Part shown: positions 17,168 to 26,079 of the stretch, piece by piece
Layout: every line of letters starts with the position of its first letter
Numbering within the stretch: the stretch's first letter is position 1
Assembly: GCA_030689665.1 (NCBI GenBank)
Contig: JAUYFS010000014.1
Location: forward strand, 1-52,590
Reading direction: 5' to 3'
Length of the DNA stretch: 52,590 bases
Source: a bacterium
Lineage (GTDB): Bacteria > Patescibacteriota > Minisyncoccia > Minisyncoccales > JAUYFS01
Notes under the pieces: generated by a model
Database searches by the model: none
What the model saw: the letters and a program-made list of their open reading frames with translations, nothing else
What the model was told of the DNA's origin: nothing
Translations under genes and position numbers: made by a program

Positions 17168-17581
17168 ATGAAAGGCCACCTTCGTCATTTGAGAATAGCT
17201 CCAAGAAAAGTCAGATTAGTGGGAGATTTGATAAAAGGAAAACGAGCGGAAGAAGCCGTGAAGCTTCTTGATTTTACGATAAAAAAAGCGGCTTTGCCGA
17301 TGAAAAAACTTTTAATGTCTGTTATTGCCAATGCCAAGCAAAATTTTAACAAAAAACCTGAGAATTTGTTTATAAAAAAAGTGATTGTTAATGAAGGGCC
17401 GAAATTAAAAAGATGGATGCCGAGAGCCAGGGGAAAGGCTTATGAAATCCAGAAAAAATCAAGCCATATCACGATTGAATTGGGTGATATCACCGAAGCA
17501 AAATCAAAAATCAAAAATCAAAAGTCAAAAACATCAAAAATTGTTAAAGAAGAAAAGAAAGAAAATAAACATAATAAATAA
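17168..17581 (+). CDS. rplV: 50S ribosomal protein L22 with a K-rich C-terminal tail
   Basis: LRIAPRKVRLVGDLIKGK...PRARGKAYEIQKKSSHITI. The tail is partly encoded by TCAAAAA heptads at 17504-17530. Confidence 0.94.
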   Translation: MKGHLRHLRIAPRKVRLVGDLIKGKRAEEAVKLLDFTIKKAALPMKKLLMSVIANAKQNFNKKPENLFIKKVIVNEGPKLKRWMPRARGKAYEIQKKSSHITIELGDITEAKSKIKNQKSKTSKIVKEEKKENKHNK

Positions 17582-17583
17582 CA

Positions 17584-18222
17584 ATGTCACACAAGGTTCA
17601 TCCTAAAATTTTTAGAATCAATGGTTTGGAAGATTGGTTATCAAGATGGTTTAACCAAAAAAACTTCTCAAAAAATCTGGAAGAAGATTTTAAAATTAGA
17701 AGATTTTTTGAGAAAAAATTTAAAGAAAGCTGGATTGAAAAAATAGAGATTGAGCGATTTGCCGACAAATTGACTATTTTTATATTTACCGCCAGGCCGG
17801 GATTATTAATTGGACGGGGCGGGAAAGGAATAGAGGACTTAAAAAATAGAATAGAAAAAGAAATTTTTGAAGGCAGGAAAGAAGGTTTGAAGTTAGAAAT
17901 CCGAGAAGTCAAGGATTTTTGGTCAAGCGCTTCTTTGGTTGCTCAGGTGGTTGCTTCACAAATTGAAAAAAGGATTCCTTTCAGAAGAGCCGTAAAACAG
18001 GCGTTGGACAGGACCATTACTTATAAGGGAGTTGAGGGCGTTAAAATAGAGGTTTCAGGAAGATTAAACGGAGCGGAAATCGCCAGAACTGAGTGGCTTG
18101 CCAAAGGAAGATTGCCGAGACATACTTTAAGAGCTGATATTGATTACAGCATCAAAGAGGCAAACTGCGCCTATGGAACCATAGGCGTTAAGGTTTGGAT
18201 TTATAAGGGAAATAAAAAATAA
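17584..18222 (+). CDS. rpsC: 30S ribosomal protein S3
   Basis: KH-domain region GLLIGRGGKGIEDLK and C-terminal GRLNGAEIARTEW. Confidence 0.96.
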   Translation: MSHKVHPKIFRINGLEDWLSRWFNQKNFSKNLEEDFKIRRFFEKKFKESWIEKIEIERFADKLTIFIFTARPGLLIGRGGKGIEDLKNRIEKEIFEGRKEGLKLEIREVKDFWSSASLVAQVVASQIEKRIPFRRAVKQALDRTITYKGVEGVKIEVSGRLNGAEIARTEWLAKGRLPRHTLRADIDYSIKEANCAYGTIGVKVWIYKGNKK

Positions 18223-18231
18223 AACAGAATT

Positions 18232-18645
18232 ATGTTGTTAATGCCAAAAAAATCAAAACATAGAAAATGGCAAAAAGGAAGAATAAAAGGAATTGAAGCC
18301 AGAGGAACGGAATTAGCTTTCGGCAGTTTTGGATTGAAATCGTTGGGTTCCAAATGGATTACAGCCAGACAGATTGAAGCCGGAAGAAGAGCGATTTTAA
18401 GATATTTGAAAAAGGGAGGAAAAATGTGGATTAGAATTTTTCCCGACAAGCCGATTTCCAGAAAAGGAACAGAAGTTCCGATGGGCGGAGGAAAGGGAAA
18501 TGTTGAATTTTACGCTTATCCGATTAAGCCCGGAAGAATAATGATTGAATTGGAGGGTATTGAGGAAAAAATGGCAAAAGAGGCGCTGGAAAAAGCTGCG
18601 GCTAAATTTCCAATAAGGACAAAATTTATCAAAAAAGAAGTTTAA
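18232..18645 (+). CDS. rplP: 50S ribosomal protein L16
   Basis: MLLMPKKSKHRKWQKGR...ITARQIEAGRRA...RMGGGKG-like block. Confidence 0.96.
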   Translation: MLLMPKKSKHRKWQKGRIKGIEARGTELAFGSFGLKSLGSKWITARQIEAGRRAILRYLKKGGKMWIRIFPDKPISRKGTEVPMGGGKGNVEFYAYPIKPGRIMIELEGIEEKMAKEALEKAAAKFPIRTKFIKKEV

Positions 18646-18649
18646 AAAT

Positions 18650-18886
18650 ATGGAAACCAAAGAAATCAGATTTAAAAAAGACGATGAATTGAAAGCGATA
18701 ATTTTGAAAATGAAAGAAAAATTGCGCCAGCTTAAATTTGACCTTGGCGTCGGGAAATTAAAAAACGCAAGAGAAATTAAAGAGACAAAAAAATTAAGAA
18801 GCAGGATTTTAACGATTTTAAATGAAAGAAAAAAAGATACCAAGCCCTCAAAAATTTTTCCACAAAAAATTCAGGAGGATAAATAA
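18650..18886 (+). CDS. rpmC: 50S ribosomal protein L29
   Basis: Position between L16 and S17, with the L29 helical pattern (ELKAIILKMKEKLRQLKFDL...NAREIKETKK). Confidence 0.88.
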   Translation: METKEIRFKKDDELKAIILKMKEKLRQLKFDLGVGKLKNAREIKETKKLRSRILTILNERKKDTKPSKIFPQKIQEDK

Positions 18887-18895
18887 TAAATTATC

Positions 18896-19153
18896 ATGGA
18901 AACAAAAGAAAAAAACAACAAAAGAAGATTAATGGGAATAGTCGTTTCAGACAAGATGGACAAAACGATTGTGGTTAGGGTTGAAAAAATGAAAGCTCAC
19001 CCAAAATACAAGAGAAGATTTAAGACGCATACAAAATATTTAGCTCATTGCGAGGGAAACGAATTTAACATTGGAGACAAGGTGGTTATAGAAGAAAGCA
19101 GGCCGATAAGCAAAAGAAAAAAATGGAAGGCCTTGCCAAAAGAAACAAAATAA
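18896..19153 (+). CDS. rpsQ: 30S ribosomal protein S17
   Basis: GIVVSDKMDKTIVVRVEK...HPKYKR...KYLAHCE...GDKVVIEESRPISK. Confidence 0.95.
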   Translation: METKEKNNKRRLMGIVVSDKMDKTIVVRVEKMKAHPKYKRRFKTHTKYLAHCEGNEFNIGDKVVIEESRPISKRKKWKALPKETK

Positions 19154-19162
19154 ATTTTAAAT

Positions 19163-19531
19163 ATGATTCAAACGGAAACAAATTTAAAAGTCGTGGATAA
19201 TACCGGAGCAAAAATGATTCGTTGTTTTAGAATTTTGGGCGGAACCAAAAGAAAATACGCAAGAATCGGGGATATTATTATTGCCGCGGTAAAGAAAGCA
19301 GAGCCGAGAAGATTGGTGAAAAAGCATGATATCGTCAAGGCTGTTGTGGTAAGGCAAAAAGCTCCATTTAGAAGGGCGGATGGAAGTTATATCAAGTTTG
19401 ATGAAAATTCAGCCGTGATTATAGACGATAAGAAAGAGCCAAAAGGAACGAGAATTTTCGGGCCAATTCCAAAAGAATTAAAAGACAGGGGATTTGAAAA
19501 AATAATCAGTTTGGCGCCGGAAGTAATTTAA
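19163..19531 (+). CDS. rplN: 50S ribosomal protein L14
   Basis: [17 protein letters not shown]...[10 protein letters not shown]. Confidence 0.97.
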   Translation: MIQTETNLKVVDNTGAKMIRCFRILGGTKRKYARIGDIIIAAVKKAEPRRLVKKHDIVKAVVVRQKAPFRRADGSYIKFDENSAVIIDDKKEPKGTRIFGPIPKELKDRGFEKIISLAPEVI

Positions 19532-19536
19532 CAAAT

Positions 19537-19854
19537 ATGAAATTAAAAAAAGGCGACACAGTTTTAATAATTTCAGGCAAAGACAAGGGTAAAAAAGGCA
19601 AGATTGTCAAAGCTTTTCCAAAAAACAACAAAATCGTTGTTGAAAGAGTTAATATAAGAAAAAAACACTTGAGGCCGAAAAGATCGGGAGAAAAGGGACA
19701 AATTGTTGAATCGTTTGGGCCGATTGATGTTTCCAATGCCAAATTTTTATGTCCGAAATGTTCAAAACCGACAAGAATTGGTTATCAATTGGTTGAGGCC
19801 GAAAAAATCAAAAAAATCAGGGTTTGCAAAAAATGCAACAATAAAATTGATTAA
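19537..19854 (+). CDS. rplX: 50S ribosomal protein L24 with a C-terminal CxxC...CxxC zinc-ribbon-like segment
   Basis: KLKKGDTVLIISGKDKGKKGKIVK (KOW motif), then CPKCSKPTRIGY...CKKCNNKI. Confidence 0.93.
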   Translation: MKLKKGDTVLIISGKDKGKKGKIVKAFPKNNKIVVERVNIRKKHLRPKRSGEKGQIVESFGPIDVSNAKFLCPKCSKPTRIGYQLVEAEKIKKIRVCKKCNNKID

Positions 19855-19859
19855 AAAAT

Positions 19860-20423
19860 ATGGTTAAAACGATGAAAGAAAAATATCAAAAAGAAGCGAT
19901 TCCGCAAATGAAAGAAAAGTTCGGGTATAAAAGCGCCATGGCTGTGCCTAAAATAGAGAAAGTTGTCATTAACGCTGGTTTCGGCAGCATGGTTTTTAAC
20001 AAAACAGGCGAAGAACAAAAGAAAATTTACGATGCCATTTTAGGAGATTTGGCGCAAATGGCGGGTCAAAAGCCGGTTTTGACAAAAGCTAAAAAATCAA
20101 TTGCCGCTTTTAGATTAAGACAAGGAAGCCCGATTGGAGCGAAAATCACCCTAAGAAGAAAAAAAATGTTTGATTTCTTGGATGTTTTGGTTAATGTTGC
20201 CCTGCCGAGAAAAAGAGATTTTAGGGGACTAGAGCTGAAATCTTTTGACCCCAGCGGAAATCTTACGATTTCAATGAAAGAACATATAGTTTTTCCGGAA
20301 ATTTCTCTGGAAAATGTCAAAAGAATTTTTGGTTTTGAAATAACAGTGGTAACAACGGCAAAAACAATAGAGGAAGGAGCGGAATTGCTAAGATTGCTTG
20401 GGTTTCCGATTAAAAAATCTTAA
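19860..20423 (+). CDS. rplE: 50S ribosomal protein L5
   Basis: VPKIEKVVINAGFG...AGQKPVLTKAKKSIAAFRLRQG. Confidence 0.96.
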   Translation: MVKTMKEKYQKEAIPQMKEKFGYKSAMAVPKIEKVVINAGFGSMVFNKTGEEQKKIYDAILGDLAQMAGQKPVLTKAKKSIAAFRLRQGSPIGAKITLRRKKMFDFLDVLVNVALPRKRDFRGLELKSFDPSGNLTISMKEHIVFPEISLENVKRIFGFEITVVTTAKTIEEGAELLRLLGFPIKKS

Positions 20424-20432
20424 TAAAATTTC

Positions 20433-20618
20433 ATGCCAAAAAAATCACAAATAATTAAATCGCAGAGAAAGCCAAAATTCAGCACCCGCATTGTCAGAAG
20501 ATGTTTTCGTTGCGGAAGAGCCAGAGGTTTTTTGAGAAAATTCGGGCTATGCAGAATTTGTTTTAGGGAAATGGCAAATAAGGGAGAAATTCCAGGAATT
20601 AAAAAATCAAGCTGGTAG
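20433..20618 (+). CDS. rpsN: 30S ribosomal protein S14, type Z (zinc-binding, 61 aa)
   Basis: [10 protein letters not shown]...LCRICFRE and the terminal KSSW. Confidence 0.95.
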   Translation: MPKKSQIIKSQRKPKFSTRIVRRCFRCGRARGFLRKFGLCRICFREMANKGEIPGIKKSSW

Positions 20619-20628
20619 GGCGGGAAAA

Positions 20629-20660
20629 TAAAAAATCAAAAATCAAAAATCAAAATAACA
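20629..20660. repeat. TCAAAAA heptad repeats in the rpsN-rpsH spacer
   Basis: TC dinucleotides at 20636, 20643 and 20650 give an exact 7-nt period within an A-rich tract. It is preceded by GTAGGGCGGGA, a half-site of the REP family. Confidence 0.55.
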
Positions 20661-20696
20661 AATTAAAATTCCAAAACATTTAAATTTCATCAAAAT

Positions 20697-21128
20697 ATGA
20701 CAGATCCAATCACAGATATGTTAAATAGGATAAAAAATGCCCAAGCGGTTCAAAAGACAAGCGTTAAGGTCCCTTGGTCTGATTTGAAATTCAGAATTGC
20801 AAAAATATTGGAAAGCGAAGGTTTTGTTGGAGAGATAAAGAAAAAAGGAAGAAAAACAAAAAAATTTATAGACATTGAACTTAAATATGAGATAAAAGAA
20901 TACGAAATTGAAAAAGCCATTAATCCGATAAAAGAAACAAAACCAATGATTAGAGGAATAAAAAGGGTTTCCAAACCCGGGCAAAGAATTTATGAAGGAG
21001 CGAAAAATATAAAACAGATTAAGGGCGGATTTGGAATATCAATAATATCAACTCCTCAGGGATTGATGACCGATAAAGAGGCGAGAAAAAGAAAATTGGG
21101 AGGAGAAGTTTTGTGCCAGGTTTGGTAA
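20697..21128 (+). CDS. rpsH: 30S ribosomal protein S8
   Basis: MTDPITDMLNRIKNAQ...GGEVLCQVW. Confidence 0.96.
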   Translation: MTDPITDMLNRIKNAQAVQKTSVKVPWSDLKFRIAKILESEGFVGEIKKKGRKTKKFIDIELKYEIKEYEIEKAINPIKETKPMIRGIKRVSKPGQRIYEGAKNIKQIKGGFGISIISTPQGLMTDKEARKRKLGGEVLCQVW

Positions 21129-21141
21129 TTAAATTTTTCTT

Positions 21142-21687
21142 ATGTCAAGAATAGGCAAAAAAACAATTTTAATACCCGAAAGCGTAACAACTGAATTGAA
21201 AGGCCAGGTCCTTAAAATCAAGGGGCCTAAAGGCGAATTAGATTTAAAAATTTTGCCCGATGTTAACGTTGAAATTAAAGACAACAAAGAAATTAATGTT
21301 TCTTTAAAGAGACAAACAAAGCAAAACAAACCTCTTTGGGGTTTGTTCAGAGCATTGATAGCGAATAATGTTTTGGGAGTTTCCGAGGGCTTTAAAAAAC
21401 AACTGGAAATTCGGGGATTGGGTTATAAGGCGGAAATTAGCGGCAATGACTTGATTTTAAATGTCGGTTTTTCTCACCCGGTAAAAATATCAAAACCGCA
21501 AGGAATTGAAATCAGCATTGACAATAAAATTATCACGATTTCAGGAGCTGACAAACAACTAGTCGGACAGGTTGCGGCTGACATCAGGAAGGTAAAAGCG
21601 CCAGAGCCGTATAAGGGTAAAGGAATCAGATATTTGGGCGAGAAGGTAAGAAAGAAAGTCGGCAAAAAAGCGGTTGCTTCCGCTTAA
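21142..21687 (+). CDS. rplF: 50S ribosomal protein L6
   Basis: MSRIGKKTILIP...GYKAE...PEPYKGKGIRY. Confidence 0.96.
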   Translation: MSRIGKKTILIPESVTTELKGQVLKIKGPKGELDLKILPDVNVEIKDNKEINVSLKRQTKQNKPLWGLFRALIANNVLGVSEGFKKQLEIRGLGYKAEISGNDLILNVGFSHPVKISKPQGIEISIDNKIITISGADKQLVGQVAADIRKVKAPEPYKGKGIRYLGEKVRKKVGKKAVASA

Positions 21688-21705
21688 AAATAAATTCAAT
21701 TATTT

Positions 21706-22107
21706 ATGGCAAACCACGCAAAAGAAAAAATTGTTAAGAGGCAAAGAAGAGCGCGAAGAATAAAAGCGAAAATTCTTAATATAAAGAAAAAAACAGCCGG
21801 TAAAATCAGGTTGACTGTTTTTAGGTCAAACAAGCATATTTATACCCAGTTAATTGACAATGATAGCAGAAAAACAATTGCCGCCGCTCAGGATAAGGAA
21901 ATCGCAAAGAAAGATTTAGAAAGCGCGATAAAAGAGAAAAAATTAAGCTCAAAAATAGCCATGGCTTATTTGGTTGGAAAATTAATTGCCGAAAAATCAA
22001 TGAAGAAAAAAATTAAAGAAATAGTTTTTGACCGCAGAGGTTATAAATATCATGGAAGAATCAAGGCCTTGGCAGACGGAGCAAGGGAACAAGGATTAAA
22101 ATTTTAA
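21706..22107 (+). CDS. rplR: 50S ribosomal protein L18
   Basis: RLTVFRSNKHIYTQLIDN...FDRRGYKYHGRIKALADGAREQGLKF. Confidence 0.96.
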   Translation: MANHAKEKIVKRQRRARRIKAKILNIKKKTAGKIRLTVFRSNKHIYTQLIDNDSRKTIAAAQDKEIAKKDLESAIKEKKLSSKIAMAYLVGKLIAEKSMKKKIKEIVFDRRGYKYHGRIKALADGAREQGLKF

Positions 22108-22111
22108 AAAT

Positions 22112-22663
22112 ATGATAAACAAAGAGAAAAAAACATTTAGAAAAACAGGAGGAAGAGAATTTAAAAAAGACGACGGTTTTGACTCCAAGCTTTTGGATTT
22201 GGCGCGGGTAACGAGAGTCACTGGCGGCGGGAAAAAACTTAGTTTCAGAGCCACTGTTGTTGTCGGCGACAAAAAAGGAAAGGTTGGCGTTGGCATTTCC
22301 AAGGGCCTTGATGTTTCTCAGTCCATAGAAAAAGCGACAAGAGACGCAAAAAGAAACTTGATTAAAGTTCCGATTATTGACGGCACAATTCCCCACGAAG
22401 TGACCGCTAAATTTGGCGCGGCAAGAATTTTACTAAGGCCGCAAAGAAAAGGAAGAGGTTTGGTCGCCGGCGGAACCGTAAGAGCGATTTGCGATTTGGT
22501 TGGGATTAAAGATATTTCGTCAAAGGTTCTTTCAAAAACAAAGAATAAACTGAATAACGCTCGAGCGACAATTATTGCTTTATCCAGCTTTCGCCAAGCT
22601 CGTCAAAATAAAAAAGAAAACATTAAGGAAAGCATTGAAGAAATAGAAGCGCCAGAAAAATAA
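22112..22663 (+). CDS. rpsE: 30S ribosomal protein S5 (with a C-terminal extension)
   Basis: VTRVTGGGKKLSFRATVVVGDKKGKVGVGISKG...LRPQRKGRGLVAGG. Confidence 0.96.
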   Translation: MINKEKKTFRKTGGREFKKDDGFDSKLLDLARVTRVTGGGKKLSFRATVVVGDKKGKVGVGISKGLDVSQSIEKATRDAKRNLIKVPIIDGTIPHEVTAKFGAARILLRPQRKGRGLVAGGTVRAICDLVGIKDISSKVLSKTKNKLNNARATIIALSSFRQARQNKKENIKESIEEIEAPEK

Positions 22664-22664
22664 A

Positions 22665-22775
22665 TTTACCCTCCCAAATTTTTGACCGGGAGGATTAAAA
22701 CCAGACGATGACGTTTAATAAATAAAAATTAACACCCTTACGTTTTTAGAAAAACCAAAAATTTGGGAGGGTAAA
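22665..22775 (+). repeat. Anti-SD/SD palindromic element, long form (copy C). It fills the position where rpmD (L30) normally sits.
   Basis: The 19-nt arms TTTACCCTCCCAAATTTTT (22665-22683) and AAAAATTTGGGAGGGTAAA (22757-22775) are perfect reverse complements, with a 73-nt loop. Confidence 0.9.
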
Positions 22776-22780
22776 AAATC

Positions 22781-23212
22781 ATGCAAATTCATCAATTAAA
22801 GCCCAAAAAACTTTTAAAAAAGAAGAAAAGAATAGGAAGAGGAGGTAAAAAAGGAACTTATAGCGGCCGCGGCGGAAAAGGACAAACAGCAAGAGCCGGC
22901 AGAAAAATGCAGCCGATTATAAGAGAATTGATTAAAAAATACCCGAAGTTAAGGGGTTATAGATTTAAAAATTTTGGCAAAAATATAAAAACGATTAGTT
23001 TGGATGTTTTAGAAAAAAATTTTCAGGAAAACGAACTGGTTAGTCCCGCTGTTTTGATTGAGAAAAAGTTGATTAGGCGTTATAAAGGAAATGTGCCGGA
23101 GATTAAGATTTTAGGAAGTGGCAAACTGACAAAAAAATTAGCCATTGAAGGTTGCATTTTTTCCAAAAAGGCGCTGGAATTGGCGAAAAAATTAAAGTGT
23201 GAAATTAAATGA
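22781..23212 (+). CDS. rplO: 50S ribosomal protein L15
   Basis: KKRIGRGGKKGTYSGRGGKGQTARAG. Confidence 0.95.
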   Translation: MQIHQLKPKKLLKKKKRIGRGGKKGTYSGRGGKGQTARAGRKMQPIIRELIKKYPKLRGYRFKNFGKNIKTISLDVLEKNFQENELVSPAVLIEKKLIRRYKGNVPEIKILGSGKLTKKLAIEGCIFSKKALELAKKLKCEIK

Positions 23213-24495
23213 TTAAAGAAGGAATAGATATTTTGATTAAAACCTTTAAATTCAGGGATTTAAGAAACAAAATTTTTTTTGTTCTTGGAATTTTGATTGT
23301 TTTCCGTTTGCTTACAAATATACCCATTCCCGGAGTTGATGTTGTGGCGTTGAGAAGTTTTTTTGCTTCAAGCCAATTATTCGGTTTGATGAATCTATTT
23401 ATGGGGGGAACTTTAAAACATCTTTCAATAGCAATGCTTGGATTGGGGCCATACATCACTTCCACTATTATTTTGCAGCTTTTGACAATGATTTTTCCGC
23501 AACTGGAAAAAATGTACAAAGAGGAAGGCGAAGCCGGAAAACAGAAATTTAACCAGATATCAAGAGCCCTAACTATTCCTTTGGGAATAATTCAATCATT
23601 TGCAATGATTTCTTTGCTTCAGAGGCAGCATCTTTTATTGCCGCTGTCTCCAATTGAAATCATCAGCACAATTATGACAATTACGGCTGGAACGGTTTTT
23701 TTGATGTGGCTAGGCGAATTAATTTCAGAAAAGGGGATAAGCAATGGGGTATCTTTGCTGATTTTTGCCGGAATTGTGGCAGAATTGCCGACAAGCATTC
23801 AGCAATCGGTTTTTACTTGGACAGCGTCAAGAATTCCTTCTTATGCTTTATTTTTTGTTTTGGCAATTTTGATAATTATGGCAGTTGTTATGGTAAATGA
23901 AGCCAGAAGAAATATACCGGTTTCTTACGCCAAAAGAGTCAGGGGCTTTAAAATGTTTGGCGGAGCTTCCACTTATTTGCCGATAAACATAAATCCAGCG
24001 GGCGTTATCCCGATTATTTTTGCTTTGTCTATTTTATTGCTTCCCAATATGATGGCAACGCTTTTTGTCGGAGCTGGCGGAATTTTGACGACAATTGCGG
24101 AAACTTTAAATGGTTTAGTTTCAAATCTTTGGATATACGGAACCACTTATTTTATTTTGGTTATTTTGTTCACTTATTTTTACACGGCAGTTACCTTTGA
24201 CCCGAAATCAATTTCCGAGAATTTGCAAAAAGCTGGCGGTTTTATTCCGGGAATCAGGCCAGGCAGGTCAACAGCTGAATTTTTGACAAGGATTTTAAAC
24301 AGAATTTTATTGATTGGCTCCTTGTTCTTGGGTTCAATCGCGATAATGCCGTATATTGTAAGGGGAATTACCGGAATTCAGACATTTGAGTTTTTAATAG
24401 GAGGAACAGCTTTGCTCATCGTTGTCAGTGTTGTTCTTGAATTGGTAAGGCAGATAAAAGCCCAGCTCCAAATGAGGGAGTATGATAATTATTAA
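23209..24495 (+). CDS. secY: Preprotein translocase subunit SecY
   Basis: Ten-TM pattern: IPIPGVD, LGLGPYITSTIILQLL, GELISEKGISNGVSLLIFAGI. ATGA overlap with rplO. Confidence 0.96.
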   Translation: MIKEGIDILIKTFKFRDLRNKIFFVLGILIVFRLLTNIPIPGVDVVALRSFFASSQLFGLMNLFMGGTLKHLSIAMLGLGPYITSTIILQLLTMIFPQLEKMYKEEGEAGKQKFNQISRALTIPLGIIQSFAMISLLQRQHLLLPLSPIEIISTIMTITAGTVFLMWLGELISEKGISNGVSLLIFAGIVAELPTSIQQSVFTWTASRIPSYALFFVLAILIIMAVVMVNEARRNIPVSYAKRVRGFKMFGGASTYLPININPAGVIPIIFALSILLLPNMMATLFVGAGGILTTIAETLNGLVSNLWIYGTTYFILVILFTYFYTAVTFDPKSISENLQKAGGFIPGIRPGRSTAEFLTRILNRILLIGSLFLGSIAIMPYIVRGITGIQTFEFLIGGTALLIVVSVVLELVRQIKAQLQMREYDNY

Positions 24496-24513
24496 AAATT
24501 AAAACTTGTTAAA

Positions 24514-25182
24514 ATGAAAAAACCTCTAAATTTTGCCTTAATCGGTCGTTCTGGTTCCGGAAAAGGAACCCAAGCCAAACTTTTAATGGAACATTTCGGC
24601 AACAATTTTTTATACATTTCCACAGGAGATTTATTCAGGGATTTAGCCAAAAGCGGTTCCGAGCCGGCTCTCAAAATTAAAAAAGTAATGGAGGAGGGTG
24701 GCTTGCCATTTGATTATTTGGCAATTGCTTTGTGGACGCACAAAATTGCTTATGAATTGAAAGAAGAACAGGGGCTTATGCTTGACGGCGCTCCGCGCCG
24801 ATTAAATGAAGCAAAGGTTCTTGAAGATTTTTTAGATTTTTTGGGAAGAAAAGAAAGCACCTTTAACATTTTGATAGACATATCAAGAGAAGAAGCTTTT
24901 AATCGTTTGACAAAAAGAAGGATTTGTAAAAATTGCGAAAGATTAATCCCTTGGGTTGGCGATTTTAAAAATTTGGAAGTTTGCGACCAATGCGGCGGAG
25001 AACTGATTACCAGGGTTGACGACAAGCCCGAAGCTATAAATAAAAGATTGGATTATTTTGAAGAAAATGTTGTTTCGGCGATTGAATTTTATGAGAAAAA
25101 CGGCAGATTGATAAAAATAAACGGGGAACAGCCAATAGAAAAAGTTTTTGAAGACATACTTAAGGCAATAGGCGGAAAATGA
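24514..25182 (+). CDS. adk: Adenylate kinase (zinc-lid type)
   Basis: GRSGSGKGTQ P-loop; lid with CKNC...CDQCGGELITRVDD. Confidence 0.94.
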   Translation: MKKPLNFALIGRSGSGKGTQAKLLMEHFGNNFLYISTGDLFRDLAKSGSEPALKIKKVMEEGGLPFDYLAIALWTHKIAYELKEEQGLMLDGAPRRLNEAKVLEDFLDFLGRKESTFNILIDISREEAFNRLTKRRICKNCERLIPWVGDFKNLEVCDQCGGELITRVDDKPEAINKRLDYFEENVVSAIEFYEKNGRLIKINGEQPIEKVFEDILKAIGGK

Positions 25183-25922
25183 TTCCAATAAAAACACAAG
25201 AAGAAATTGAAATAATGGCGACAGGCGGACACATTTTGGCTGAAATTATGGAACAATTGAAAAACGAAGCAAGGGCAGGCATTACAACCAATGATTTAAA
25301 CAGGCTCGCAGAGAGCCTTGTTTTAAAATACAAATGCAAGCCGTCTTTTAAGGATTATAACGGTTTTCCGGAAACGCTTTGCGCCTCTGTTAATGAAACC
25401 GTTGTTCATGGGGTTCCTTCTGACAGGGTTTTAAAAGATGGCGACATTTTATCCCTTGATTTAGGGATTTTTTACAATGGTTTTCATTCTGATATGGCAA
25501 TAACGATTCCGATCGGAAGTGTTGAGCCGGAAATTTTGAGATTAATTAAAGTTGCCAATAAAGCGTTAAAAAGAGGAATAAGAAAACTAAGGCCAAACGC
25601 CAGGATTGGCGCCATTGGAAACACAATCCAAAGATATGTGGAATCTCAGGGTTTTTGTGTTGTCAGGAATTTATGCGGTCACGGCATTGGCAGGGAATTG
25701 CATGAAGACCCGGAAATTTTAAATTACGGAAAACGCAGAGAAGGCGACTTTTTGAAAGAAGGAATGGTTGTTTGTTTGGAGCCAATGATTACCAATGGCA
25801 AGGGAGATATTAAAAAAAGCAGCGATGGTTTTGGTTTTGAAACAATAGATAATTCAATCGCCGCTCATTTTGAACACACAATTGCCATAACTCATCACGG
25901 CAGCAGGATTTTAACTGTATAA
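25179..25922 (+). CDS. map: Methionine aminopeptidase type I
   Basis: VVHGVP, DLGIFYNGFHSDMA, CGHGIG, EPMI, and HFEHTI metal ligands. Confidence 0.95.
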   Translation: MIPIKTQEEIEIMATGGHILAEIMEQLKNEARAGITTNDLNRLAESLVLKYKCKPSFKDYNGFPETLCASVNETVVHGVPSDRVLKDGDILSLDLGIFYNGFHSDMAITIPIGSVEPEILRLIKVANKALKRGIRKLRPNARIGAIGNTIQRYVESQGFCVVRNLCGHGIGRELHEDPEILNYGKRREGDFLKEGMVVCLEPMITNGKGDIKKSSDGFGFETIDNSIAAHFEHTIAITHHGSRILTV

Positions 25923-26079
25923 TAATAAATAAAGGTAAATATTCCTTAGCGACAAGAGTGGGCTTCTACCACTAATTCCATGTCAGGCTGAACCTTGACA
26001 TAGGCTTGACACAGGATTGTAAAACGATAATATAAAAAGAAGAGATACAAAGACAAATTAAAATAATAAAAATAAAAAT

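Noticed and set aside
25940-26000. A possible tRNA or tRNA fragment downstream of map and in other spacers
   Set aside because: No cloverleaf could be drawn and no GTTCGAATC-type T-arm is present. I recognised no tRNA or rRNA signature in any spacer longer than 100 nt.
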